63,758 nucleotides of DNA, filler included, from 6 parts of 6 records of this genome joined end to end with filler, not necessarily neighbours in it, one strand, 5' to 3'; positions 51,891 to 61,525 are shown, counted from the whole stretch's first letter. Program-made: numbers and translations. Notes: generated by a model from the letters alone, not told the origin.

Positions 51891-52417
51891 TCGCCATGCG
51901 GACGCTTGACGGCCTTCTTGACGCCATCGCCAGCCTCTTCAAGGGGCTGGCAACCCTCTGTCTTGCCGTCATGGTCGCCCTGAACCTGTTCAACGTCGCC
52001 TTTCGGGCGGTGTTCGATCATGCCTTCGGCTGGATATTCTCCTGGACGCTGCTGCTGTTCATCTGGATGCTGCTGCTCGGTTTCTTCGTCTACATGCGCA
52101 ACCGCCGCGATGTGGTTGTCGACATTTTCATGTCGCGCCTGCCGCCGTTCTGGCGTCGGATCGGCGGTCTGTTCGCCTGTCTTGTCGGCATGGCCGTCAT
52201 GGTCGCGATCCTGCGCGCAGCACCAGCGCTGATCGCCCTGCAGCGCGCGCCGATGGATGGCACCGGCCTTCCGATCTGGACCCAGTCGCTGCCGCTGTTC
52301 ATCTCCTCGGCGCTGGTTTTCATGCATTTCCTGTTGTCCTTCATCGAGATCGCCACGGGCCGGGTCGAAGCCTTTCCGCGTGACATCGAATCGGTGGAAA
52401 AAGGAGCGGTCGAATGA
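51887..52417 (+). CDS. dctQ: TRAP transporter small permease
   Basis: 4 TM, NVAFRAVF, DVVVD; GTGA overlap with dctP. Confidence 0.9.
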   Translation: MIAMRTLDGLLDAIASLFKGLATLCLAVMVALNLFNVAFRAVFDHAFGWIFSWTLLLFIWMLLLGFFVYMRNRRDVVVDIFMSRLPPFWRRIGGLFACLVGMAVMVAILRAAPALIALQRAPMDGTGLPIWTQSLPLFISSALVFMHFLLSFIEIATGRVEAFPRDIESVEKGAVE

Positions 52418-53703
52418 TCCTCGGTCTGATCGTCATCGGCGGTTTCGTGCTGCTGATGCTTCTCGGCGTATCGGTTACAATCGCCATCGGCGCCGGGGCC
52501 ATCATCGGTCTCTACTGGGCCGGTTTCGGCGACATGGGCCTCGTCATCCCGCAACAGATTCTCGACGGCGCGGCAAAGCCCGCGCTTCTGGCGATCCCGT
52601 TCTTCGTGCTGGCGGGCAACCTGATGAACACGATCGGGTTGACCGACCGCATCTTCAATTTCTGCCTCGCGCTGATCGGCCATTTCCGGGCGGGGCTTGC
52701 CTATGTCAATGTCGTCGCCTCGCTGCTGTTTGCGGGCGTTTCGGGCGCGGCTACCGCCGATATCGCCGGTCTCGGCCAGCTCGAGGTCAAGGCGATGCGC
52801 GAGCGTGGCTATTCGCTCGAATTCTCCGCAGCCCTCACCGTCGCGACCTCGCTTGTCGGGCCGATCGTTCCGCCCTCGATCAGCCTGATCGTTTATGCCT
52901 GGCTTGCCAACCAGTCGGTGGCCCGGCTGTTTCTCGCTGGCATCATTCCCGGCATCCTCGTCGCGCTCGCCTTCATCTTCTATATCCGGGTCGTTTCGAT
53001 CTGGACGCCGATGCCGCGGGAAAAACGCGCCAGCATGCGGGATCTGCGCCGCGCCACGATCGAGGGATTGCCGGCCCTGATTGCGCCCGCGATCATTCTC
53101 AGTTCCATCATCTTCGGCTTTGCCACGGCCACCGAGGCGGGCGTGATCGCCTGCGGCTATTCGCTGCTGATCGGCCTCTTCTATCGCACCGTCACCTTTG
53201 AGGGCGTCCGCAATGCGCTGGTTGAAAGCGCCGTGCTTTCGGCGCTGATCATGATGATCATCGGCTTTTCCCAGATCATGGGCTGGCTGTTCGCCTTCGA
53301 ACAGGTGCCGCAGGCCTTCGCTTCCGGCATTCTGGACGCGATCGCCAAGCCGTGGGTGTTCATGGGTTTCACCATCGTGCTGCTGATCATTATCGGCTGC
53401 TTCATGGAGGCGACGCCCGCAAAGATCATCCTCCTGCCGCTGCTGCTGCCCGCAGCCGATGCCTTCGGCATCGACCGGGTGCAGTTCGGCATGGTGATCA
53501 CGCTTGCCCTGCTTTTAGGCATCGCCACGCCGCCGCTTGGCGTCGGGCTCTATCTGATGTCGGCTGTTTCGGGCGTACGCTTCGAAAAGCTGGCGATCTC
53601 TATCCTGCCATTGCTGATCCCGCCGATCGTCGTGCTGATCCTGCTGGCGACCGTGCCGGAGATCACGCTCTGGCTCCCCAATCTCATAATGGGACCACAA
53701 TGA
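52414..53703 (+). CDS. dctM: TRAP transporter large permease
   Basis: LAIPFFVLAGNLM, GPIVPPS, TATEA, TPPLG. Confidence 0.95.
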   Translation: MILGLIVIGGFVLLMLLGVSVTIAIGAGAIIGLYWAGFGDMGLVIPQQILDGAAKPALLAIPFFVLAGNLMNTIGLTDRIFNFCLALIGHFRAGLAYVNVVASLLFAGVSGAATADIAGLGQLEVKAMRERGYSLEFSAALTVATSLVGPIVPPSISLIVYAWLANQSVARLFLAGIIPGILVALAFIFYIRVVSIWTPMPREKRASMRDLRRATIEGLPALIAPAIILSSIIFGFATATEAGVIACGYSLLIGLFYRTVTFEGVRNALVESAVLSALIMMIIGFSQIMGWLFAFEQVPQAFASGILDAIAKPWVFMGFTIVLLIIIGCFMEATPAKIILLPLLLPAADAFGIDRVQFGMVITLALLLGIATPPLGVGLYLMSAVSGVRFEKLAISILPLLIPPIVVLILLATVPEITLWLPNLIMGPQ

Positions 53704-54188
53704 CCATACATCATGCCCGGCCCGACGCGCTGGACCGCGCCGGCGGCCTTGCCGACGGCGACGCCGTCTTCGCCCTGCGCGCGCTTCGCCCCGAATTTCT
53801 CAATGGCGCGGAGGATTGCCGCATGGCGGTTCTCGCCCCTGAAGACGATCTCGGTCTTTCTCCGGCGCTGCGCGCGGCGATCGCCCGTCGAGTGGCGCTG
53901 ACAGCCGGCAATGAACGGCTGCTTGCCGAATATCCGGTCCCCGGGGAGAAGGCCCTGGCGGAGCTTTCGCGCGGCAAGATGCCGGACGATCGCCGCCTTG
54001 CCGCGATCGGCGCCCATGCCGACATGATCGCCGTCGATCCGGGCGAGAGCACCCGCGAAAGCCTTGACGCGCTGCTTGGGGCCGGATTGACCGTGCCGCA
54101 GGTGATCGCGCTTTCGGAGCTTCTGGCCTTCGCCTGCTTCCAGATCCGGGTCGCCCACGGCCTCGCACTTCTGGAGGAAACCGCATGA
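53700..54188 (+). CDS. CMD/AhpD-like domain protein lacking CxxC (Avi_7170-like)
   Basis: ATGA overlap with dctM; AGLTVPQVIALSELLAFACFQIRVAHGLALL C-terminus typical of this family. Confidence 0.75.
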   Translation: MTIHHARPDALDRAGGLADGDAVFALRALRPEFLNGAEDCRMAVLAPEDDLGLSPALRAAIARRVALTAGNERLLAEYPVPGEKALAELSRGKMPDDRRLAAIGAHADMIAVDPGESTRESLDALLGAGLTVPQVIALSELLAFACFQIRVAHGLALLEETA

Positions 54189-54666
54189 GCGCTCTGGGAG
54201 CCATCCGCATCAAGCCGCTCACCTGGCATCCGCATCTGCCGCCGGTCGAGGTCGAGGACGCCACGGCCGAACAGTTGGAAGCGATGAAGGTGACGCCATC
54301 GGCCAAGAAGGTTTCGCCCTATGTGCGAACACTTGCCCACGATCCGGAAAGCTATGTCGCGCGCACCACGCTGTTCAATGCGATCATGTATGCCGAGGGC
54401 GGACTGCCGCGCGCCGAACGCGAACTCGGCGCGCTTGCCGCCTCCAGGATCAATGGCTGCCGCTACTGCGCCAATGTCCACGCACGTCAGCATATCCGCC
54501 TCTCCGGCACCTCCGCCGTGATTGCAGCGCTCTGGACGGAAAACCGCGCGGCGCTGTCTGCCCGCGACGCCGCGATCGTCGATTTTGCCGAAGCCCTGAC
54601 GGCGACGCCGCCGCGCGCGGACGGCAGTCATATCGAGAAGCTGAAGGCTGCAGGCCTCGAACCTTT
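54185..54666 (+). CDS. Alkylhydroperoxidase/AhpD family protein (Avi_7169-like), 3' truncated
   Basis: ARTTLFNAIMYAEGGLPRAERELGA, SRINGCRYCANVH (CxxC..H). Confidence 0.85.
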
Positions 54667-54766
54667 NNNNNNNNNNNNNNNNNNNNNNNNNNNNNNNNNN
54701 NNNNNNNNNNTTAATTAATTAANNNNNNNNNNNNNNNNNNNNNNNNNNNNNNNNNNNNNNNNNNNN
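54667..54766. other. Artificial contig spacer
   Basis: 44 N + TTAATTAATTAA + 44 N. Confidence 0.99.
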
Positions 54767-54925
54767 GGATACGCGGGTCAAGCCCGCGCATGACAACCCT
54801 CTGTTCCTGAGGTTCTTTCTCCCCCCAACCACCTCCGTCATGGCCGGACCCGATCCGGCCATCCACGTCTTCACCGTAAACTCTGTGACAAGACGTGGAT
54901 ACGCGCATCAAGCCCGCGCATGACG
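54767..54925. repeat. Cluster of three CGTC/GTCA-tagged REP-like repeats
   Basis: GGATACGCGGGTCAAGCCCGCGCATGAC (54767-54794), CGTCATGGCCGGACCCGATCCGGCCATCCACGTCTT (54836-54871), AAGACGTGGATACGCGCATCAAGCCCGCGCATGACG (54890-54925). Confidence 0.85.
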
Positions 54926-54942
54926 CATCTTTCTCTCATCTC

Positions 54943-55731
54943 TCACCCCTCCACCTGCCGCAGCACATCCCCCAGCACGTCCATCAGCCGCGCAATATCA
55001 TCCGGTGTCGAAAGCCGGTGGTCGCCTGCTTTGCTTAGATGCACTTCCACATCCTCGCTCGTCAGCGCCTCCACCAGTCGCATCGCATGCGCCCATGGCA
55101 CGCTTTCATCGCGCATGCCCTGCATCACGCGCACAGGCACATCAATGGCGATGGGGCCGCCCAGCAGCAAATGCGCCGCACTTTCCTCGATCAGTTTCAG
55201 CGTGATCTCGTATGGCTCGTCAAAGTCTGACGGTTCGCGATAAATCCCGTCGCGTTTCAACGTCGCTTTCACCTCGTCGGAAAATCCCTTCCACATCAGC
55301 TCCTGAGTGAAGTCCGGTGCAGGCGCGATCAGCACCAGCGCCTTCACGCGCTCAGGCCGCGCCAGCGCTGTCAGCAGCGCCATCCATCCGCCCATGCTGG
55401 ATCCGACAATCACCTGTGGGCCTTCGGTCAATTCGTCAAATGCCGCCAGCGCATCCTCGCGCCAGCGCCCGATTGTGCCATCGGTGAATGTGCCGCTGGA
55501 TTGTCCATGCCCGAAATAGTCAAAGCGCAACAAGTCGCGGTCAGCCCGTGTGGCCCATTCCGCCAGCGCCAGTGCTTTCGTGCCGCCCATATCGGATTTG
55601 AAACCGCCCATCCAGACAAGCCCCGCTTTGCCCGCGGGATTTTTGGCGCGGTTGCGCAAATAGGCAATCTCTTCGCCGTCAGGGCGTGCGAGTGTCTGGG
55701 GCGGGGCGGGGTGGTCGGCAGTGTCACTCAT
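54943..55731 (-). CDS. Alpha/beta hydrolase (ABHD10-like)
   Basis: GFKSDMGGTKA, FDYFGHG, GSSMGG, APAPDFT, GDHRLS. Confidence 0.92.
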   Translation of the reverse strand: MSDTADHPAPPQTLARPDGEEIAYLRNRAKNPAGKAGLVWMGGFKSDMGGTKALALAEWATRADRDLLRFDYFGHGQSSGTFTDGTIGRWREDALAAFDELTEGPQVIVGSSMGGWMALLTALARPERVKALVLIAPAPDFTQELMWKGFSDEVKATLKRDGIYREPSDFDEPYEITLKLIEESAAHLLLGGPIAIDVPVRVMQGMRDESVPWAHAMRLVEALTSEDVEVHLSKAGDHRLSTPDDIARLMDVLGDVLRQVEG

Positions 55732-55807
55732 CTCGGGTCCGTGCTAATAAAAAGGGATGCGCCATTCAAACGTTTTTTGTTGCAGGCGTCGATGAAGGAC
55801 TTCTCCC

Positions 55808-57025
55808 GTGTCTCAGGTCTTGAACGCTGATTTCGCCGCGCTGACGCGCCCCACCATTCTGCAAATCGTGCCGACGCTCGATATTGGCGGTGCCGAGCGC
55901 ACAACGGTCGATATGGCGCGCGCCATTGTCGAGGCGCATGGCCGCGCGATTGTCGTCAGTTCCGGCGGGCGTCTGGTGCGCGAGCTGGAAGCGGTGGGTG
56001 CCGAACATATCGACATGGCCGTGAAGTCGAAAAACCCCGTCATCATGGCGCTCAATGTCGAGCATCTCACGCGCCTCATCACGCGTGAAAAGGTAAGCCT
56101 CGTCCATGCCCGCTCGCGCGCGCCCGCTTGGTCGGCGCTGGCGGCCGCGCGGCGCACCGCGCGTCCCTTCGTCACCACCTATCATTCCAAGGTGCATGAG
56201 AACCCGCGCCTCAAAGTGTTTTACAATTCCGTCATGGCGCGCGGCGACGCTGTGATCGCCAATTCCGCTTACACCGCCGCCCGCATCGCGCGTGTCCATG
56301 CGCCCGATGCCGCCCGCATCTTCACTGTGCCGCGCGGCATTGATGTGGCCCATTTCGACCCGTCCGCCGTCACCGCAGATCGCGTGCAGATATTGCGCAA
56401 TGAATGGCATGTGCCCGATGATGGTCGTCTCTGTTTCATGCTGCCCGCGCGTCTCACCCGCTGGAAGGGCCAGACACTCGCCATCGAGGCCGCAGCCCAA
56501 CTTGTGCAGGCGCTTGGCGACAAGAGCCGCTTTCGGCTTCTGCTGGTCGGCGATGCACAAGGCCGCGACGATTATCTGGCCGAATTGCAGACCATGATCG
56601 CAAAATCCGGTTTGCAGGACGTGGTGTCCCTCACAGGTTCTTGTCAGGACATGCCGGCGGCTTACACATTGGCTGACATTGTGCTGTCGCCTTCCATCGA
56701 GGCCGAGCCTTTCGGGCGCACGGCGGTCGAGGCGCAGGCCATGCAGCGCCCCGTCATTGCATCCGACAGCGGTGGCCAGCGCGAAACGGTCATCGGTGCC
56801 GATGGCCTTAGCGGTCTTGATGCCGCCACCGGCATTCCCGTTGCCACGGGCGATGCGGGCGCTTTGGCCTCCGCCATGCGCACTATGCTCGATCTCACGC
56901 CCGCCGCCCGCGCCGCCATGGGCGCACGTGGCCGTACGAATGTGCTCGATCACTATTCACTCGCCGCCATGACAAGCGCGACCCTTTCCATCTATGCGCG
57001 CCTCCTCGCGCCCGCGCGGGCCTGA
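55808..57025 (+). CDS. Glycosyltransferase family 4
   Basis: GGAERTT, HARSRAPAW, RLTRWKGQ, EPFGRTAVEA. Confidence 0.94.
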   Translation: MSQVLNADFAALTRPTILQIVPTLDIGGAERTTVDMARAIVEAHGRAIVVSSGGRLVRELEAVGAEHIDMAVKSKNPVIMALNVEHLTRLITREKVSLVHARSRAPAWSALAAARRTARPFVTTYHSKVHENPRLKVFYNSVMARGDAVIANSAYTAARIARVHAPDAARIFTVPRGIDVAHFDPSAVTADRVQILRNEWHVPDDGRLCFMLPARLTRWKGQTLAIEAAAQLVQALGDKSRFRLLLVGDAQGRDDYLAELQTMIAKSGLQDVVSLTGSCQDMPAAYTLADIVLSPSIEAEPFGRTAVEAQAMQRPVIASDSGGQRETVIGADGLSGLDAATGIPVATGDAGALASAMRTMLDLTPAARAAMGARGRTNVLDHYSLAAMTSATLSIYARLLAPARA

Positions 57026-57029
57026 GCCC

Positions 57030-57365
57030 ATGCCCTTCGATCAGACCAGAGCCCGCACGGTGCTGGTCTTGCTGCTGGCACCGCGCGCCGATGCGGAGGA
57101 TCGTTTGCGTGCCGTTCGGGCCGGGATCGGTGATGCGCGGATCGTGCTTCTCACCAGCCCCGCCGCCGTGGCGCGGCTTTCGCCCCTCGCAGATGAGGTC
57201 TGGAGCGAGGGGCTGGCGCAGGGCCCCGCGCGGTTTCTGGCGCTCATCCGGCGCATATCTTGGATGGAATTTGCCGCCATTTATGACTGCGAAGGCAGCT
57301 TTATGACGCGATTCCTGAGGTTTTGTGTCTGGCCAAGGCCCAAATGGTGTGGTTTTACGCCTTGA
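57030..57365 (+). CDS. Truncated/degenerate GT9 (heptosyltransferase)-like protein, N-terminal domain only
   Basis: DARIVLLT..DEV..LALIRRI..IYD..PKWCG pattern and the GT4-infC position; 111 aa; no GD motif. Confidence 0.55.
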   Translation: MPFDQTRARTVLVLLLAPRADAEDRLRAVRAGIGDARIVLLTSPAAVARLSPLADEVWSEGLAQGPARFLALIRRISWMEFAAIYDCEGSFMTRFLRFCVWPRPKWCGFTP

Positions 57366-57401
57366 TATGTGGCTTTCCCGCCCCGATCTCCTGATCGGGA
57401 C

Positions 57402-57430
57402 TTGCGGCCAAGGCCCATCAAATCTATAGC
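57402..57430 (+). promoter_or_regulatory. Putative sigma-70 promoter of infC
   Basis: TTGCGG-N17-TATAGC. Confidence 0.5.
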
Positions 57431-57544
57431 TTTGCGTACATATCCGTCGGGAAGCCTGAAATCGGGCTTGCTGGTCCCGCGTCATGCGGCATTAGAGCAA
57501 AAATGTTGTGACTGCTGACGGACAAGACAGAAGGAGATGATTAC

Positions 57545-58081
57545 ATAGCTCGCAGACCAATCCAGGCGCCGCCCACTCGTGAGGGCCCGCGCATTAATGA
57601 GATGATCGATGAATCTTCCGTTCTTCTCATCGACGCCGAAGGCGAAAAGCGCGGCGTAATTCCGACGGTTGAAGCCATGCGCATGGCGGAAGAAGCCGGG
57701 CTCGACCTTGTCGAAGTGTCGCCCAATTCCAATCCGCCCGTGTGCAAGTTGCTCGACTTCGGCAAATTCAAATTCCAGGCGCAGAAGAAGGCCAACGAGG
57801 CCCGCAAGAAGCAGAAGACTGTCGAAGTCAAAGAAATCAAGATGCGCCCGAACATCGACACGCATGACTATGACGTGAAGATGAAATCGATGCTTCGCTT
57901 CTTCGAGGAAGGTGACAAGGTCAAAGTGACCCTCCGCTTCCGCGGTCGCGAAATGGCGCATCAGGAACTCGGCATGGCCCTCTTGAATAAAGTCAAAGAG
58001 CAGGTCGAGGATATTTCCAAGGTCGAAGCCTATCCCCGTCTCGAAGGTCGCCAGATGGTGATGGTGCTGGCGCCGAAGTAA
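57545..58081 (+). CDS. infC: Translation initiation factor IF-3 (ATA start codon)
   Basis: SD AAGGAG (57531-57536) 8 nt before in-frame ATA, giving (M)[43 protein letters not shown]. Confidence 0.96.
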   Translation: MARRPIQAPPTREGPRINEMIDESSVLLIDAEGEKRGVIPTVEAMRMAEEAGLDLVEVSPNSNPPVCKLLDFGKFKFQAQKKANEARKKQKTVEVKEIKMRPNIDTHDYDVKMKSMLRFFEEGDKVKVTLRFRGREMAHQELGMALLNKVKEQVEDISKVEAYPRLEGRQMVMVLAPK

Positions 58082-58114
58082 GGCCGCCGCATTTCGGGGA
58101 TAAAGACATGACGA

Positions 58115-58144
58115 AAAAGGCCCGGCAGTTTTGTCGGGCCTTTT
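58115..58144. terminator. Bidirectional intrinsic terminator
   Basis: AAAAGGCCCGGCA-GTTT-TGTCGGGCCTTTT. Confidence 0.85.
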
Positions 58145-58235
58145 GTTATGCGTGATCAGCGATGAAGAAGGCGAAATGCTCAATCTCGTGCTGGAAACGC
58201 TCGATCTCTCATAGGAAATGAAGGCAAAAAGAGCC

Positions 58236-59189
58236 TTATCCGAGCAGTTCTTTCAGCCGGTCTGGGCGGTCGGTCAGGATCGCGTCTATCCCCAGATCGA
58301 CCAGTCTTTGCATCTCTTTGGGATCATCCACGGTCCATGCCGAGACCGTTAGGCCATTCGCCCGCGCAATCCCCACCGTCTCCTCCGTCACATCGCCCGA
58401 CCAGGCAAACCAGCCATCTGCCGGTCCCGATGCAATGGCTTGCAGCATTTTGGCGGCAAAACTCGGACCCTTCTGGTCGCGCCAGTCAAAGCCCGCCACC
58501 CAGTCGGCACCCTTGGCCGATGCCGCGCGGATTGCCTCTTCTTCCGAGCCGGGTTTGTCGTTCTTGGCCGACGGGTCTTCCGGGTCGAGCATGTAGAAAG
58601 GGCTTGTCGTAAAAGCGTTTTTCAGGTCCGGCGCGATGTGTTTGGCATGTGCGAGTGCACGCCAGTCAAACGAGACAAATGTCATCCGGTGCCCCATGCC
58701 CGAGCGCTGCGTCAGGTCCACAACCGTGTCGGCCAGCGTCTCTGGATCAGCCGATTGGGTGAGATCGAGCAGCGCCGTTTTCAGTTCCACATAGATGTGA
58801 AAGTCAGGCTTTCCGTGGCTTTTTACGAGGTTATAAGCATCCTCCAGACGCGGAATGCAGGCCCCGTCGCGCGGGCTTTGCTCAGGATAGCGTGCGCTAT
58901 AACCGGCACCGGGGCGCAATCGTCCGATGTCGTAAAGACGCAATTGTGCGTAGTCGAGTTCCTTGATCAGCGGTGTCGGTCGCACCAGCCATTGCCCGTC
59001 CGGCCCCCGTGCAATCGCAGGTTTCAGGCTCTCATCGTGATGCACCACAGGCACGCCATCGCGTGTCAGATGTACGTCGAGTTCGATCCCGTCTGCGCCC
59101 ATGTCCATTGCATGGGTAAAGGCATCCAGCGTGTTTTCAGGCCATAGGCCCGCCCCGCCGCGATGGGCAATCTGTAGTGGTTTCGCCAT
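58236..59189 (-). CDS. Glycerophosphodiester phosphodiesterase
   Basis: IAHRGG, PENT, IELDV, VHHD, VELK, WTVD, ILTDRP. Confidence 0.94.
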   Translation of the reverse strand: MAKPLQIAHRGGAGLWPENTLDAFTHAMDMGADGIELDVHLTRDGVPVVHHDESLKPAIARGPDGQWLVRPTPLIKELDYAQLRLYDIGRLRPGAGYSARYPEQSPRDGACIPRLEDAYNLVKSHGKPDFHIYVELKTALLDLTQSADPETLADTVVDLTQRSGMGHRMTFVSFDWRALAHAKHIAPDLKNAFTTSPFYMLDPEDPSAKNDKPGSEEEAIRAASAKGADWVAGFDWRDQKGPSFAAKMLQAIASGPADGWFAWSGDVTEETVGIARANGLTVSAWTVDDPKEMQRLVDLGIDAILTDRPDRLKELLG

Positions 59190-59419
59190 TGCATCTCTCC
59201 CCATGGGCCTTTGGTAACAACCCGCGAATCGGCTCTATCGAACCCGCCACACGCTAGCGGAGCCACCCCCCTTTGGTCCATCCGCCGACGGGAGGCGGGA
59301 GAGGGGCTCTCATATTTACAACCAGTTTGGCCCGATCTCCGCCGATCTAGTCATAATGATTAACATTAAGGTCTATATATTTAGTATTGTAGTAGACATT
59401 GATGCACACGGGAGGGGAC

Positions 59420-59680
59420 ATGCTGCTCTTCAAATATCTCAGACATATTTTCCGTCGTTCGAGCCGCATCTCGTTTTACGAATCCGAGACCATGCGCCAG
59501 GCTGCGGAATCCGCACCACCCATCCAGCTTGCATGGCTCACCGACGAAACTTTGCATCACATTGTGGAGACCGAAGGCAACAGCCTCCGCGCCGAAATAG
59601 CCGCTCATGAACTTGAGATGCGCCAGCGCAGGCACTCAAGCGCTGCCGCCAGTTCGGACCATTTGCTGACAGCGCGGTAA
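59420..59680 (+). CDS. Hypothetical protein, 86 aa
   Basis: SD GGAGG; shares a 29-aa motif with 61526..62308. Confidence 0.65.
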   Translation: MLLFKYLRHIFRRSSRISFYESETMRQAAESAPPIQLAWLTDETLHHIVETEGNSLRAEIAAHELEMRQRRHSSAAASSDHLLTAR

Positions 59681-59813
59681 GCTGTTTCACACGATTTGTG
59701 ATTGTCACGCCAGCCTGCTGCCTTGCGTTGCGCCTTGCCTCTGCCCAAGATGAATCATCGCTTTTAAAATAACCGCAAAAAATGCGGAACGATGATCGGT
59801 CGGGGAGGACCTC

Positions 59814-61061
59814 ATGAAATTCGGTGTGTTTTACGAATTGCAATTGCCAAAGCCATGGTTGCCTGGAGACGAGGAACGCTTGTTCCATGAAGCACTGGAG
59901 CAAGTAGAACTAGCCGATCGGCTGGGCTTCGATCATGCGTGGGAAGTCGAACATCATTTTCTCGATGAATATTCTCATTCCTCCGCACCGGAAGTTTTTC
60001 TAGCCGCCGCCGCCGCGCGCACCAAGAACATCCGGGTCGGCCATGGCATCCGGCAAGTGATCCCGAATTACAATCATCCCGCCCGCACCGCCGAAGGTCT
60101 GGCGACGCTGGACATCATTTCGCGTGGCCGTCTTGATTTCGGTATCGGTGAAGGGGCAACCCGGCTGGAGCTTGGTGGTTTCAATATTCCCGCCAAGGAA
60201 AAACGCGCCATGGCGATCGAGGCAGGCGAACAAATCGCCAATATGATGGTGCTTGATCCCTATCCGGGTTTTGAAAGCGCAAACTTTTCTATGCCCTGCC
60301 GCAATGTGTTGCCTAAACCCGTACAAAAACCGCATCCGCCTATGTGGATGGCCTGCACCAACCGCGACACGATCAAGGTTGCCGCCCAACTGGGTGTCGG
60401 TGCATTGGCATTCTCTTTTGTCGATCCCGAAGAAGCCAAGGCCTGGTCTGAAATCTATTACGGCATCATCAAATCTGAAGAGTGCAAACCCATCGGCCAT
60501 AGCGTGAACGCCAATATCGCGATGGTCTCGAATTTCTCGGTCCACCATGACCGCGCCGAAGCGATCCGTCGCGGCCATGAGGGGTTCGAATTTTTCGGCT
60601 ATGCGCTCAACGCGTTGGTCGCCCATGACACAGTGCCTGGCCGCACAAATATGTGGGGCGACTATCTGGAAAAACGTGGCAACCGCACGCAGGAAATTAT
60701 TGATGCGGCAGCGCGCGCTGAAAACATTGCCACTGGCATCGGCACGCCCGACGATATGCGCAAACACCTGAAAGCGTTTCAGGCGGCTGGTGTTGACCAG
60801 GTGATTTTCATGCAGCAGGCCGGTCGCAACAAGCACCAGCATATTTGTGAATCTCTGGAGCTCTTCGCCGCCGAAGTCATGCCTGAGTTCAAAGCAGAAG
60901 TGGCCGAGCGTGAAGCCCGCAAAGCCGCCGAACTTGCGCCCTATATCGAGGCAGCCCTTGCGCGCAAAAACTGGATGAAGCCCTTAGCGGATGACGAAAT
61001 TCCTATTGTACGCGCTTCAGTGGCAAAGGCGCAGGTCAATCAGAAGGGCGCGGCAGAATGA
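59814..61061 (+). CDS. LLM class (luciferase-like) flavin-dependent oxidoreductase
   Basis: ADRLGFDHAWEVEHHF, TLDIISRGRLDFGIG, PKPVQKPHPPMW. Confidence 0.93.
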   Translation: MKFGVFYELQLPKPWLPGDEERLFHEALEQVELADRLGFDHAWEVEHHFLDEYSHSSAPEVFLAAAAARTKNIRVGHGIRQVIPNYNHPARTAEGLATLDIISRGRLDFGIGEGATRLELGGFNIPAKEKRAMAIEAGEQIANMMVLDPYPGFESANFSMPCRNVLPKPVQKPHPPMWMACTNRDTIKVAAQLGVGALAFSFVDPEEAKAWSEIYYGIIKSEECKPIGHSVNANIAMVSNFSVHHDRAEAIRRGHEGFEFFGYALNALVAHDTVPGRTNMWGDYLEKRGNRTQEIIDAAARAENIATGIGTPDDMRKHLKAFQAAGVDQVIFMQQAGRNKHQHICESLELFAAEVMPEFKAEVAEREARKAAELAPYIEAALARKNWMKPLADDEIPIVRASVAKAQVNQKGAAE

Positions 61062-61417
61062 GCGTGCCGGGTTTTGCCGCTAGCCGGTTTCTTAAGGCGG
61101 GGTTTTTCCTCTCCGGTGCTCTGCTGTTCAGCGCTTGCGATATCGGACCAGAGGGCGGTTCGCTGAAGGAACGCATGGAAAAGGCCTTTCAGGAAAAACT
61201 GGAAGGCTGTGCGGCTGTGGCAGAGACGCTTGGCGGAATCTGGACCATGCACCCGGTCGCCGAAATGCAGGCCGCATTAGGTGGCGAGCCGCCCGAAGGG
61301 CTTGGCAGTATGCGTATTATCCGACCAGGAACTGCGGTGACAAAAGATTACCGCCCGAACCGTCTGAACATCGATCTAGATGACGAGGACAGGGTGAAAC
61401 GGGTCTATTGCGGCTAA
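61058..61417 (+). CDS. Lipoprotein with peptidase inhibitor I78 domain
   Basis: Lipobox LFSAC; RIIRPGTAVTKDYRPNRLNI..CG. Confidence 0.85.
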   Translation: MSVPGFAASRFLKAGFFLSGALLFSACDIGPEGGSLKERMEKAFQEKLEGCAAVAETLGGIWTMHPVAEMQAALGGEPPEGLGSMRIIRPGTAVTKDYRPNRLNIDLDDEDRVKRVYCG

Positions 61418-61446
61418 AATATCGCAGTGGACTGCCGGCTTTATGC

Positions 61447-61481
61447 TTAAGTTTGGGTTACCCCCTAAGGCCTGTGGATAA
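61447..61481. promoter_or_regulatory. CtrA-like box next to a perfect DnaA box
   Basis: TTAA-GTTTGGG-TTAC (61447-61461, one mismatch to TTAA-N7-TTAA); TGTGGATAA = TTATCCACA (61473-61481). Confidence 0.45.
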
Positions 61482-61525
61482 CACCTATATTTTAGCTTTG
61501 TGCTTCATTTTGGAGAGTATCTGCC

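Noticed and set aside
41136..54666. Two TRAP systems as one large catabolic island
   Set aside because: They are on different contigs, apparently from different organisms, separated by the spacer at 49316-49415
54767..54925. CRISPR array
   Set aside because: Repeats alternate in orientation, are few and REP-like; no cas genes
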